From NCBI RefSeq assembly GCF_009914755.1, contig NC_060931.1: 64,000 nt of DNA. One strand, written 5' to 3'. Shown here in pieces: positions 1 through 20,942 of this stretch. The DNA is from the human T2T-CHM13v2.0 reference genome, Homo sapiens. Below the pieces are notes generated by a model. The model was not told where the DNA came from. It worked only from the letters and a program-made list of their open reading frames with translations, and ran no database searches. The position numbers were made by a program, and so were the translations under genes. The first letter of the stretch is position 1; each line of letters begins with the position of its first letter.

Positions 1-19
1 TCTTTTTTCTAAATACCTT

Positions 20-500
20 TCTAATCCATCTCCTCTATTTCACCGTAACTTTTCTATTTAATTTCTTTGTTTAATGCAACAGACTTCCTGTTTAATCATC
101 TCTCCGCACTGCACGTCATCTCCCCATTTATCCTTTTAATAGAGCCACTGTCTTGCTTAAAGAGAGTCCTCCTGTTACCCTCAGGAGTCCAGACTCTTTA
201 GGATGGCATTCAAGGCCCTTTGCAAAATGATCTCATGCTCACTCTTCTGATTCCATCTTCCAGCATATTTCCTCCACACTGCTCCCTGTGCGGCTGAATG
301 AAATATGTTTAATCCTAAACAAAAACAGTCCTTGCTCTGTGCAACTGCTCCCGGAAAAATGAGACTCATCCTATGTGTTTCCACTGTGCGCTCTTAATAC
401 GTCTAATGTAGCACATATCCCAGCAAGTTTTACACATTGAGGTAGGAGCCCAGCTCCCAAGAAAGAGCCCTTGAAAAATTTGACAGGACAAATGCAAGTA
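20..500 (+). mobile_element. L2 LINE 3' fragment (degraded)
   Basis: 'tccagactctttaggatggcattcaaggcccttt' and the downstream tail resemble the L2 3' consensus; boundaries approximate. Confidence 0.55.
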
Positions 501-616
501 GTTAGTATGTGTTTCTTTAGAAAAGGAATAGAGTAGCAGTCTCATTTTTCAAATTTAAAAGGAAAAAATTGCTAAGTAATAGAAACCTCCCTTTGTGTCA
601 ACTGGGATCTACGGGG

Positions 617-621
617 ATCTA

Positions 622-661
<40 letters not shown>

Positions 662-680
662 TCTGGTCTGTCTGTCATCT
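617..680. repeat. Compound (TCTG)n(TCTA)n tetranucleotide microsatellite
   Basis: Directly visible; accounts for the 'LSVCLSVCLSIYLSI' ORF. Confidence 0.95.
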
Positions 681-2319
681 AATTGTCTATGTATTCATTA
701 TTTTATCTTTGAATCAGTGTCTTCTTTTTTCAAAAAGAGGTTCGAATAGATGGTGGAGGGAAATATTCGAAATCTTTTCCTCCTCTGTTTCCCCATATGT
801 ATAATATACCAACCAATTCTAGAGATGTGTCTATGTCCAAAGCTTAAAGTCATTGTATTTATAATGAAGAATGCTATTACTTGTTCCGCGGGTCTTTCAC
901 CTTAAAGTGTGTTCTAATATAGCAAAATTGGGCCTGGGACTTCCAAAGTTATCTAACTGTAGATATACAGAATGGGAGTCATGTGTTTGAAAGTTCCACT
1001 GACATCTTTTTAGAATACTGTGCTGGTGTTACTTTGTAATTACTTAGATTAAAGACACAAATATAGGCATACAGACATGTCCTTACTATTACTATGATTT
1101 TGAAGTATAACCAACAAATTAGGGATTAAACCACTAACTTCTTATATTTTGGTCCTTTTCTAGCTCCCTTTAGGTATAAATAAGACATCATTTTTATGTA
1201 ATTTAAAAAGTTCTCTATAACCTTAATGGAGGAGAACTTTTTCTATCATTTGTTTAGATGAAAAGACAAAACTGGTAAATTTAGAATTCCTTTGTAGAAA
1301 GTTTCTGTAATTGAAACTAATGAATCTTGATTCAATAAACCTAAATGAATATGTATTTGGTCATAGTTGAATGATATAAGTACTCTGAAGTCAGATGTGC
1401 TTTCAAAATACTCCCATAAATGTAAATTCTTAATTATGATCATTTTAAGGGCATTTATCTGTCTCCTGGTGGTTGTTGCTACTCTGGCCCCTTTTATATG
1501 TTTTGGACAGAGAAGGAAGTACAATGCTTGCATTCCTGTGGTTGCTATAGTAATGGAAAAAAACTGCAGCTGTGATTGTAGACTTGAAGAAAAAGACTGA
1601 GGTCATTTCAGCCCTGGAGACTTAGTAAATATTAATTGTGAAGAAGAAAGCTCTTGTTCTCATTCTTTAATAGTTTTTTTATAAGAGCCAGAAGTCATTA
1701 TATTGAGATAAATTGTTACTGCCCCTTAATTGCATTCCAAAGGTAGGTTGAAATGTTAACTAAAATTATACACAGTAGGATTTTGCATTCAATTTAATGA
1801 ATTTCTGGCCACAGCTGATATTCTAAGATGCAAAAGAAGAATCTGTGGTTTGATAAAAATTTTAAAAAGTTGTAGTTTCTCTTATAAAGCAAAGAACTAC
1901 AGTTTTAGGTGTTTTTAGATTAAATATTTTACCGAATAAATATTTCATTTTAGATTTCTTCTTTAGACAATTCCACAGCATATGGAGCTTGCCTAAGACC
2001 AAAATCATCTGCATTGCATACAACCCAGGCACTAGGATAGCCCAGGTTAACAAAGACTGAAATCTTTGTTGATGCTCAATAAATATTAGCTCCTGTCATT
2101 ATTGTTATTATAATTATTTTTGTTGTGTTTGTGCTAGCAGACATTATATTATTAATAATTATGATCCAGGCCTAGCAATCTGAAAGGAGTTTGAAGACCA
2201 AGGTTCAGAAGTTGAAGGTGAAAGTCAACTGTTGTAAAGACAGAACAAATGCCAGCTGAGCAGGCAGGTGTACCCAATAGTAGTGAACAGCAGCCAGGGA
2301 GTTCAGGTGAGTTTTCACT

Positions 2320-2610
2320 AGCACACATTTATTGAGTGTTTACCATATATTGAGTCCCTCTGTTAGGAGTGATGGGGGCAAAAATATATAGAGTATTCTT
2401 TATTCTTGTGCAGGGTGGGCTCATAGAGAGTTTTGGGTTATATTACTGTACACATACACAGAGTAACACGTGGTCATATACATATGTAAAATTTTACTGT
2501 ACTATGAGAAACCCTATAATAGAGGCAGTTAGAGGGTGCTACACAAGTAAAAACAAGGGGAAAAGGGGTTTATGTTTTATAGAAGTGGCATCGAAGTTTG
2601 GTAGAAGAGA
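2320..2610 (-). mobile_element. L2 3' end fragment
   Basis: 'catttattgagtgtttaccatatattgag...' resembles the antisense L2 terminus. Confidence 0.5.
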
Positions 2611-2614
2611 ATGT

Positions 2615-2812
2615 TGTGCCTCTATTTCCTCTTCTGTAAAGCGTAAGTGGTAAGTCTCTAGTTTATACGGTCTTATGAAAATCACATTTGCTATCTGTGG
2701 AGATTAAATAAATGCCTATCTATCTATCTGTCTATCTAACTATCTATCTATTCTCTTTATTAGAATAGTACCTGGCATATAGCAGGTGCTGTATACCTAT
2801 GAACTGTTATTG
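2615..2812 (+). mobile_element. MIR with internal (TCTA)n tract (2716-2751)
   Basis: 'tgtgcctctatttcctcttctgtaaa' core and 'agaatagtacctggcatatagcaggtgct' MIR tail. Confidence 0.65.
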
Positions 2813-3215
2813 TGATAAATGTTGGGCAGTAATACTTCCGCTGTCAAATGGTTTATCTTATACCACAATCCTGGCCCTTCTGGTCCCTTGGCTTCACTGG
2901 GCAATGTTTCCGAAACATAAAAATTCAGAGTTCCTATGATAAGCATCTTTTCTGGAAGCAGTGTGTTAAACACATATTACTCTAATCTCACTGAGGTTGC
3001 TTTGGAGACTCATTAAATGCTGTAAAATAAAAAAACAAACATGCACTCAAAATCCTGGATCTCTGGATCAAACTATATGGAATTGTATGAATAACAAGCA
3101 GATCAATCAAATATAGTTTTTGCTATTAAGAATGCTTACTGTTGAGACTTTCAATTTGAAATATGAACTCATATTTATTTATATCTAGAATATCTTTGAA
3201 AGATATGGCATTTCC

Positions 3216-5543
<2,328 letters not shown>

Positions 5544-5629
5544 ATGGCATTTTTTTCCAGCTGACAGGCATATAAACATCTTGTTATGCCTTGGTATTAC
5601 TTTGAGGTCCCCCTAAAGAAAACTTCGTG

Positions 5630-5897
5630 GTATAAACATATATATATATAGTTTCTATATATATGTTTATATATTTCATATATGTTTATATATACATATA
5701 TGTTTATATATACATATATGTTTATATATACATATATGTATATATATACATATATATGTTTATATATAAACATATATGTGTTTATATATATACATATATA
5801 TGTATATATATATGGTTATATATACATATATGCGTATATATATGTTTGTATATATGTGTGTGTATATATATATATGTTTGTATATATGTATATATAC
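5630..5897. repeat. (TA)-rich low-complexity array abutting an Alu poly-T tail
   Basis: Directly visible; includes about three copies of the 18-bp unit atgtttatatatacatat. Confidence 0.95.
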
Positions 5898-6191
5898 TTT
5901 TTTTTTTTGAGACAGAGTCTCAATCTGTTGTCCAGGCTGGAGCACAGTGGCACAGTCTCAGCTCACTGCAACCCTCTGCCTCCCGGGTTCAAGCAATTCT
6001 CCTGCCTCAGCCTCCCAAATAGCTAGGACTACAGGCACATGTCACCATGCCCGGCTAATTTTTGCATTTTTTGTAGAGATAGGGTTTCGCCATGTTGGGC
6101 ATGCTGGTCTCAAACTCCTGACCTCAGGTGATCCGCCCGCCTCAGCCTCCCAAAGTGTTGGGATTACAGGTGTGAGCCACTGTGCCCGACC
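5898..6191 (-). mobile_element. AluS (Sx/Sz-like)
   Basis: Full antisense Alu dimer, 'acctcaggtgatccgccc'. Confidence 0.95.
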
Positions 6192-7593
6192 CTAAGAATA
6201 CCCCAAATGTATTCTCCAAATCTGAGAAACCATATTCATCCTTATTACAATATGTAATTCGTAAAAGACATGTAGATATGTGCCCACATGTGTTATAACC
6301 CTATTATTATTATTGCTACTATTTTAGTACCCTTATTAGTAGGAACAATGGACTGGAGATTTAGATGTAACTTTTCAGAGGGGTACTGAGCACCATTCTC
6401 ACCCTCCTACATCACTCTTGCCAGAAATTTGATGTACATTTGCTATTTATAAGTACCCTTTAGGCACTGTGGATTAAAAAAATACAAAATGTGATGGACA
6501 GTGAACTAAAGAACATTTGGCCAATGATTCCAAGGTTCAATGAAGCTTAGTACAGTTATTATTATTCAAAATTTAGTACTTTGTCTTTCAAGTCTTAGAA
6601 CATGATTTAGTTTTAGTAGATTCTAGGTGCATTATGTCACACTTAATTGATTCCATAAATTCGATGTACATGAGTCTAATTTAAACATTGGAATGCAAAT
6701 TTACTTCCCTTCACAAAGAACTTCAATGACTCCTAATTGCTTATTGGGTAAATTCCAAATCTGTCGGACTTCTTTGCTCCATGCTCTGACCCAAGCTACT
6801 TTTCAACCTCATTATTAGTTTCTTTCTAAAGTCATGACCTTCAAATGGAAAAAAAGAAAATGCTGCATATGCCCTCAAGTCCTCCAGTTTTTCCAGCAGG
6901 GACTTTATAGAGATGCATCCTCTATTTTGTTTGAGTTAAACCTTCCCATGTGAGCTGGCATCAGCAGCAATTGATAGCCGTTGGCGGGTTTGCTTAATAA
7001 TAATGGTTTTTATTCATACTTCTTATATGTGGTACAGCAACATATCTCACCTCCTGATTGGCCACAGCAGTTTTTTGTTCTGCTGTTTTTGTGTTTCTCA
7101 GCAGGAAGCTGTAAGTTACTAAGGTACACCTCTTCCTTTTTAGATCAGTAATGATATTCAGAATTTTCAGGGGCCCAGCATCCTTTTAATGATTTTTTTG
7201 AAGAATGGGGTATCATTTGTTCTATTGTGAAGAATCTAGCTGTAACCTCTGTGGAAACAGTCTCAAATATGTTGTGTTGCTCCAGTAGTTCAATGTAGAA
7301 TTTTTTTCACTTTTTCTAGTCTGTCAAACTATTTTTTCTAGTGACCAACCCTTGAGTCTGGCTGTGAATTATCTTATTCCTAGATTCTGTTTCTTTTTAT
7401 GCTTTTGGGGCTAAATAAGTCTTCCATTCTTTTGAGCAAGTCTCTAGTCTCCTTAATGAGATGGAAAATATAGAAGAATTATTCAATATTATCCACTTTC
7501 TTCTGCAATCCAGGGACTAGCCTATATAATCAGTGACCCACATTCCAACAGGAAGATGTGGCTCTTTTGTTGACTATAGTGCTGGGACTCATG

Positions 7594-8440
7594 CTGAATA
7601 ACCATTAATTTATTAATTCATTGATTTTGTGTTCACTCATGCATTCAAGCACTTATTTTATATGGTAGTCACTGGGCTAGATGGCAGCCATAGTGACAGA
7701 AAAAGACATTTTGACCACTTTTAAGGAGCCATAAACTCATGGGACAAACACAAAAACAAATAATTATAATGACATTCTATAAATACTATTAAATCATTTT
7801 GAGGGAGTCGTTTGCAATCCTGGTTATCAAGTTTGGCTTCCCGGCCTAGACACTTGTGAAATAATTTTTAAAGAATGAGTAGAAATATTTTGTGGTGGAG
7901 AGAGCAAGGGAGCAATTACAGCTAGAGGAAACAGCTTGTTCAAAGATTGAGAAATTTAATAGCAACCTGGTCTATTTGTCACCTCTAAAGTGTTGGTTAT
8001 GTCCAGAGCTTATGGAACAGAGACAGTGGCATGAGATGAGATGGTAGACACAAAATAAGTTCTTTGCAAGACCGTATATGTCATGTGAAGGACTTTTTTG
8101 TTTCATTCATTCAAAGGGGGTGGCTTTGCAGGATATTAGACTGGGGAATGATGAGATACTTCTATAATGAAGAGTCTTGGTGGATACAGAGAGACAGGTT
8201 AGAGTGATTGCAATGGTCCCTGTTGACTAAAGCAGTGGAAGTAGTGAAAAGAAAGGAAGAGACAGAAATAAGAGATATTTTTATTGGTTAAATTAATAAG
8301 AATCAGTGACTGACTGGAAGTTGGGCATGAAGGAGAGGAAATTATGTTGATGTTAAGAAAATGTCCCCCCACAAAACAAAATTTTAAAAAAAGAAGAAAA
8401 CGTCCAGATTATGGCTTCGGTGTCTGAATGAAAGTTATGT
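7594..8440 (-). mobile_element. L2 fragment
   Basis: Antisense L2 3' region motifs ('cattcaagcacttattt', 'agaggaaacagcttgttcaaag', 'gtgactgactggaag'); approximate. Confidence 0.6.
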
Positions 8441-8542
8441 TCTACAGGAGTGACTCCTTGTACAACCATAATTCTTTTAAACTTTTAAAAATCAATTTTT
8501 ATATTAAAGCCATTTTAATATGCCATCTGTAGAAACACAGAA

Positions 8543-10109
<1,567 letters not shown>

Positions 10110-13100
10110 TCAGTTTGCTTATCTTTAAAGTAGAGATAATAGGAGCATCTACCTCATGGGGATTTTGTGAGAATTAAATTAGTTAATAAGTATTTAATGT
10201 AATAACTTGCATGAAATAATCACCTAATAATGCATTTTAGTTATTTTTATTGTATCTGGATGAGAAAGATAGAAATAAAGATTAAGAGCAGGGGAAGGAG
10301 GGAGGCCATACGTGGTCCTGGTGCTCTGAACTCTAAGACTAATGAACACTTATGCAGGCAATAGGATTGGATTGAAGTAGTCTAGTTAGGGCATCCTCTC
10401 TTCCCAATTTGCCTTTTTCTGTTCTGATCTGTTTTCAAGCTTACTATATAGCAATTTCATTATTCATACTTCTTCTGATGTAAACCAAAGTTTGATTTTT
10501 CAACTAAGAAGAGGATCACATTGCAAAATATTTTGCGTGTTGGGGAAATGTTATCTTACATGAAATGTTAGGCTTTTTCATTTTATGATTCAAGCATATT
10601 AGTGGTTATAAGACCTGAAATAGACACATTTCAATGAAAAAGCAACTTAAATGATAGTTGTTTTCTAGCAGATGGAGGAATTTAGTTCATATCTAAATAA
10701 GAGCTTTATTTAATCAGATTACCAACTCTGCAAATTGGATTAATGAGTAATTTTAAGCACTGCAGGCATTAAACTTCATAGAAAGGTTTTCTATTTCTAG
10801 CATTTCCATCTTACTGAGTTATTTTTAATTTTTTTTAACCATTGATGTAGGGCAATGGCATATTTTTACTTTTTCCCAGTAGCATTGATGGACAAAATGT
10901 TATTTCTCTAATAGGCTCCTTGAAAGAAACTGTCTAGTGATCACACCTACCCAGGATTTTGTAGCTAATAGGAAGAAGAACTCAAACTATGTGCTGAGAG
11001 TTTGTGAAAACATATGATCCTGCTGAGGAGATTCAGTGTTTTTCCATTCTCAGACCTACTTGATTTTAGACCTGTAGTCAAGGTCACTGTTGGGCCCCTT
11101 GGCTAAGCTCAACTCTGGGCTCAAGGCCAGTGACTTCCGGGATTCTGCCATCAATCTGTCTTTTGTGGTACAGAAAAGAAATCTGAATTCAATACCTGTA
11201 TAATCCCTTCCTCTAGCTTCATGTGTCCCTATACGACTTTTTAGCTTTTCCTGTTATTCAGATATCAGAGTAAAAGCTTTGGGTACTTCTGTGTAGATAT
11301 CCCTTCACTAGAGGTAAAAAGGTACAAAAATCACCCACAGCCACTCCTGTTCTCCAGCCTCAGAAAAGGAAAGTATTCTGGGGAAGAGGCAGAAGATAGG
11401 ATGAAAAAAAGGCACAGTAGAGTGTAGAAAACACTTGTGAAGATGGTAACAGTATGTCTTTCATGAGATACAGTTTGTAATTTTACTTTAATTTCCAATT
11501 TGAAGGAAAACTAGCAACATATAGCATATCATATAGAATCAAACCATGCTTTATATTTTAGAGTGTGCATAGATGACTTTATCCAGCTCCTGGTTCTATT
11601 ACATTTTTTGTGTAGATATATCAGAATGTTAGAGGGGATGCACATGGTGAAGGGGATTGGTGGATGGAATGGGAAATTTCCTACATTCTACATGCTACAT
11701 CTTTTGGGGGTTGTATTTTCAGACTCTGTCTTCCTTCCTCCTACCTCTAACTCAAAATATTCTATGGAGAGATTTTATCAGTTTTATTTTCCTTCAAAAG
11801 ACTTAAGTGCTTTTCTGAGATAATCACAGTCCTTAGATGATCTCAAAACTACTCAAACATCTATATGATCCTTGACAATTCCAAGACAAAATTATGCAGT
11901 TCTTTATTCATGGATGCAGGCAAAATTTGGCAAAATGTAATCTATTCCTTTATAGTGAGGGCCTTATCAAGCCTGCTTGGCACAGGCATTCTAAGGGCAA
12001 TCACAGGCTCTTAGGGGAAACTTAATGTTATATTACATGGGTGACCAAGAGGTAGGATCTCCATTTTATCAAAAGGGAAGTCACAAAAGCAATGAGTTAT
12101 TAAACTGGTGATTTCACCGAATGTAATTCAATTATGGTTGTATCAATCAAGAAGTCAGTTTACATACTTCTTATTGCAATATATTGCTACGGGTATAAAA
12201 AATAGCATTTTATATTTTCAAAATCAATGACTAAAATTATCAAAGTATTTTTAAATAACTGAAATCATTAGTCAAGATCATCAGACGTCTTGAATAATTT
12301 CCCATTCTGGGAGTCAATCTTCTTATTTCAGCTGACTTTTGGCCTCTATTACTTAGAGAACTCTAACAGTTAGAGAACATTCAGTTTAAACTTTAATGAA
12401 GACTTACTGAAAATGAGCAAAAGAAGCTATAGTGCAATGCACAGATTTTCCAAATTATACTTTGTATTTACTGTCTGTTTACTAAATACTGCCTAAATAC
12501 TTTGTACTTACTGTCTAAAAGGCATTGGAGAAGTGGCTGGCAAGATGGCCAAATAGGAACAGCTCCAGTCTGCAGCTCCCAGTGAGATTGACGCAGAAGG
12601 CAGGTGAATTCTGCATTTCCAGCTAAAGTACCCAGCTCATCTCATTGGGACTGGTTAGACAGTGGGTGCAGCCCATGGAGGGTGAGCCGAAGCAAGGTAG
12701 GGTGTCACCTCACCCGGGAAGTGCAAAGGGTCGGGGAACTCCTTCCTCTAGCCAAGGGAAGCCCCAAGGGACTGTGCCATGAGAGACAGTGCACTCCAGC
12801 CACAGATACTATGCTTTTCCCACAGTCTTCACAACCTGCAGACCAGGAGATTCCCTCAGGTGCCTATATCACCAGGGCCCTGGGTTTCAAGCACAAAACA
12901 GGGAGGGCTTATGGGCAGACAGTGAGCAAGCTGCAGGAGTTTCTTTTCATACCCCAGTGGCACCTGGAACACCAGCGAGACAGAAACATTCACTCCCCTG
13001 AAAAGGGGGCTGAAGCCAGGGAGCCAAGTGGTCTAGCTCAGTGGATCCCACCCCCACAGAGCCAAGCAAGCTAAGATCCACTGGCTTGAAATTCTCCCTG

Positions 13101-13829
13101 CCAGTACAGCAGTCTGAAGTCAACCTGGGATGCTTGAGCTTGGTGGGGGAAGTGGCATCCGCCATTACTGAGGCTTGAGTAGGCAGTTTTCCCCTCACAG
13201 TGTAATCAAAGCTACTGGGAAGTTCAAACTGGGCAGAGCCCATGACAGCTCAGCAATGCTGCTGTAGCCAGACTGCCTCAGGGCATCTATGAAAGAAAAG
13301 CAGCAGCCCCAGTTAGGGCCTTATAGATAAAACTCCCATCTCCCTGGGACAGAGCACCTGGGGAAAGGGGTGGCTGTGGGCACAGCTTCAGCAGACTTAA
13401 ATGTTCCTGCCTGCCAGCTCTAAAGAGAGCAGCAGATCTCCCAGCACAGCACTCGAGCTCTGCTAAGGGACAGACTGCCTCCTCAAGTTGGGTCCCTGAC
13501 CCCCATGTCTCATGACTGGGAGACACCTCCCAGCAGGGGTCAACAGACACCTCATACAGGAGAGCTCCGGCTGGCATCTGACAGGTGCCCATCTGGGATG
13601 AAGCATTCTGTGCTGTTCTGCAGCCTCCGCTGGTGATAACCAGGCAAACAGCGTCTGGAGTGGACCTCCAGCAAACTCCAGTAGACCTGCAGCAGAGGGG
13701 CCTGACTGTTAGAAGGAAAACTAACAAACAGAAAGGAATAGCATCAACATCAACAAAAAGGAAGTCCACACAAAATCCCCATCCAAAGGTCGCCAGCATC
13801 AAAGACCAAAAGTAGATAAATCCATGAAG

Positions 13830-14855
13830 ATGAGGAAAAACCAGTGCAAAAAGGCTGAAAATTAAAAAAACAAGAACATCTCTTCTCCTCCAAAGGATCA
13901 CAACTCCTTGCCAGCAAGGGAGCAAAACTGGATGGAGAATGAGTTTGGCAAATTGACAAAAGTAGGCTTCAGAAGGTGGGTAATAACAAAGTCCTCCGAG
14001 CTAAAGGAGCATGTTTGAACCCAATGCAAGGAAGCTAAGAACCTTGAAAAAAGGGTTAGAGGAATTGCTAACAAGAATAACCAGGTTAGAGAAGAACACA
14101 AATGACCTAATGGAGGTGAAAAACACAGCATGAGAAGTTCATGAAGAATACCCAAATATCAATAGCCAAATCAATCAAGCAGAAGAAAGGATATCAAAGA
14201 TTGAAGATTAACTTAATGAAATAAAGCATGAAGACAAGATGAGAGAAAAAAGAATGAAAAGGAACAAACAAAGCCTCCAATAAATATGGGGCTATGTGAA
14301 AAGACCAAACCTACGTTTGATTGGTGTACCTGAAAGTGACAGGGAGAATGGAACCAAGTTGGAAAACACTCTGCAGGATATTATCCAGGAGAACTTCCCC
14401 AACTTAGCAAGACAGGCCAACACTCAAATTCAAGAAATACAGAGAATACCACAAAGATACTCCTCAAGAAGAGCAACCCCAAAACACATAATCATCAGAT
14501 TCACCAAGGTTGAAATGAAGGGAAAAATATTAAGGGCAGCCAGAGAGAAAGGTCAGGTTACCCACAAAGGGAAGCACATCAGACTAACAACAGATCTCTC
14601 TGCAGAAACTCTACAAGTCAGAAGAGATTGGGGGCCAATATTCAAAACTCTTAAAGAAAAGAATTTTCAGCCCAGAGTTTTATATCCAGCCAAACTAAGC
14701 TTCATAAGCAAAGGAGAAATAAAATCCTTTACAGACAAGCAAATGCTGAGAGATTTTGTCACCACCAGGCCTGCTTACAAGAGCTCCTAAAGGAAGCACT
14801 AAACATGGAAAGGAAAAACTGGTACCAGCCACTGCAGAAACATACCAAATTGTAA
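13830..14855 (+). pseudogene. L1 ORF1p remnant (stops and frameshifts)
   Basis: ATG at 13830 (MRKNQCKKAE); ORF 14296-14790 KRPNLRLIGVPE...NFQPRVLYPAKLSF is the ORF1 RRM/CTD. Confidence 0.92.
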
Positions 14856-14918
14856 AGAACATTGATGCTATGATGAAACTGCATCAACTAGTGGGCAAAA
14901 TAATGAGCTAGCGTCATA

Positions 14919-18745
<3,827 letters not shown>

Positions 18746-18951
18746 ATAATGAGAACACATGGATGCAGAGTGGGGAACACCTCACATCATGGCCTGTCAG
18801 GGGGTGGGGGTTTAGGGGAGGGATAGCATTAGGAGAAATACCTAATGTAGATGATGGGTTGCTTGGTGCAGCAAACCACCATGGCACGTGTATACCTATG
18901 CAACAAATGTGCACATTCTGCATATGTGTCCCAGAACTTAAAGTATAAAAA

Positions 18952-19030
18952 ATATATATATGTATATATATATATATATACGTATATATATATATATATA
19001 TATATACGTATATATATATATATACACACA
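18952..19030. repeat. (TA)n microsatellite in place of the L1 poly-A tail
   Basis: Directly follows 'cttaaagtataaaa'. Confidence 0.95.
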
Positions 19031-19275
19031 TGTGGCTTTTGAAAGCCTTTTAAAGATTTTAAAAGAAATATTATATTTTCTTTCTAAAACGTGGGTGGAA
19101 ATAAGCCAAAAAATAATTGTTATGTTAATTTTCTAGATACGATTAGTACTTATAATCCTAGGAAAATATATAGCACTTACATCTCTAAAATGCTTTATTA
19201 AGTTTATTTTTCAGCATAATTTAGTAATTTTCAGTAATTAAAATTATTTCCTATTTCTGCATATTAACAAAGTGA

Positions 19276-19609
<334 letters not shown>

Positions 19610-20169
19610 CACTTTTGTTTTACCATATATAATAACCCTTTGTGTTTATGAAATTTTGCATTTCATTAAATTGGCATTTACTTTAAAAATTTTTGCATAT
19701 TTTGAATTGGTTTAATTTAAAGTTTGCAAGCATGGTTTCAGAACATCTATTTATGAAACAATAAATGACCATAACATTGTGAATCTTATGTATTTTCTAT
19801 ACCTATTTAATTTTACTTGATACATATTTGAATATATTTGCTTTGATCCTAAAAGTGATTCATATTTATTGATAAAATTGAAAGTATAGGGAATAAAGAA
19901 GAAATTAAAATCACATCACTTTAATAATAGATAATATTTGCTTAGCGTTTAGATGTTTTATATATATTCATATGTAGCATAATCTTTATTAATATCTATA
20001 GATTTCTCTGTATTGATATACATATTATGCATTACGGAAGTGCTGGGCAGCACTCCGTAGATGTCCTCTATAAACATATACATATATTTTTTCTATTCAT
20101 AAAAATCTTGAGGCAAGACTCTATGTATCTATATTCATATAACTTTTCTTTATTCCCCCACCCCCATAC

Positions 20170-20540
20170 TCACACAGATTAGCAACTGATCCAAGAAAGC
20201 TGAATGAGATCTTTCTCTAGGGGATTTGGATTTGGAAAGAACAGATTCCAGCTTCACACTCCTTGGTCTATTGGATAGAGGAAAAACCAACATTTTCTGA
20301 CATGTACAGTAGAAGGTGGAAGAAGGCAGGATGCAGCAGGGGAGAAAAGTAAGACAGGCCAGAAGAAAGGAGGAGATACAGAAACAGGGAAAATGTCTTC
20401 ACTACTGTGCAGCCACAATTAGTGTATTTACAAGGCTTGGCTAAATTCCTGACTTTCATTCTTTTGGTATATTTCCAATTTGCTTAATTGAATGGGAGTG
20501 GGTTTTATTTACTTCAATATCAAAAGAAGCTTAATTAATA
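20170..20540 (+). mobile_element. Old ERVL-type LTR fragment (LTR16-like) within L1ME-like sequence
   Basis: 3' end 'tgcttaattgaatgggagtgggttttatttacttcaatatcaaaagaagcttaattaata' resembles LTR16/MLT termini. Confidence 0.45.
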
Positions 20541-20942
20541 TATCTTTAAAAACTGTTGTTTCATTTAGCAATGTATCATGGACATTTCCCCATCTCATTA
20601 ATTTTTTTTCTAAAATTTACTTTTACATTGTAACTATTCACTTATAAAAGTTTCAGAAGTAGAGTTACTGTGTTAAAATATGAACATTTGCACGGCTATT
20701 TTTTGTCAAATAATTTATGAATTATTTTCTAGAAGTATCTACCAAGCAATGAAATTCCTTGCACTTTTGCTAATACTGGGTACTATCGATAAAAGCTATT
20801 TTAAATGGAAAGTTCAAGTGAACAACAAATATATCTTAAAACATAATAATAATGGAAATAGTGTACCATACTCAAATTTCTTAGCTTTTTAGAGTACTTA
20901 TGAATTAAAATTAAATTTTATTAAAAATATTAAATCTGTACA

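Noticed and set aside
733-778. Imperfect hairpin (ttcgaata...tattcgaa); similar small palindromes at 12361-12375, 29744-29774 and 36302-36313
   Set aside because: Stems are too short for a pre-miRNA or MITE and are expected by chance in 64 kb of AT-rich DNA
5663-6026. Tyr/Ile-rich ORFs (also 18651-19042 and 47700-47985)
   Set aside because: Translations of TA-rich microsatellites running into Alu or L1 sequence
13287-13925. 212-aa antisense ORF in the L1 5'UTR (possible ORF0-like product)
   Set aside because: Starts at a non-ATG codon and spans apparent copy-specific deletions; no support beyond an open frame
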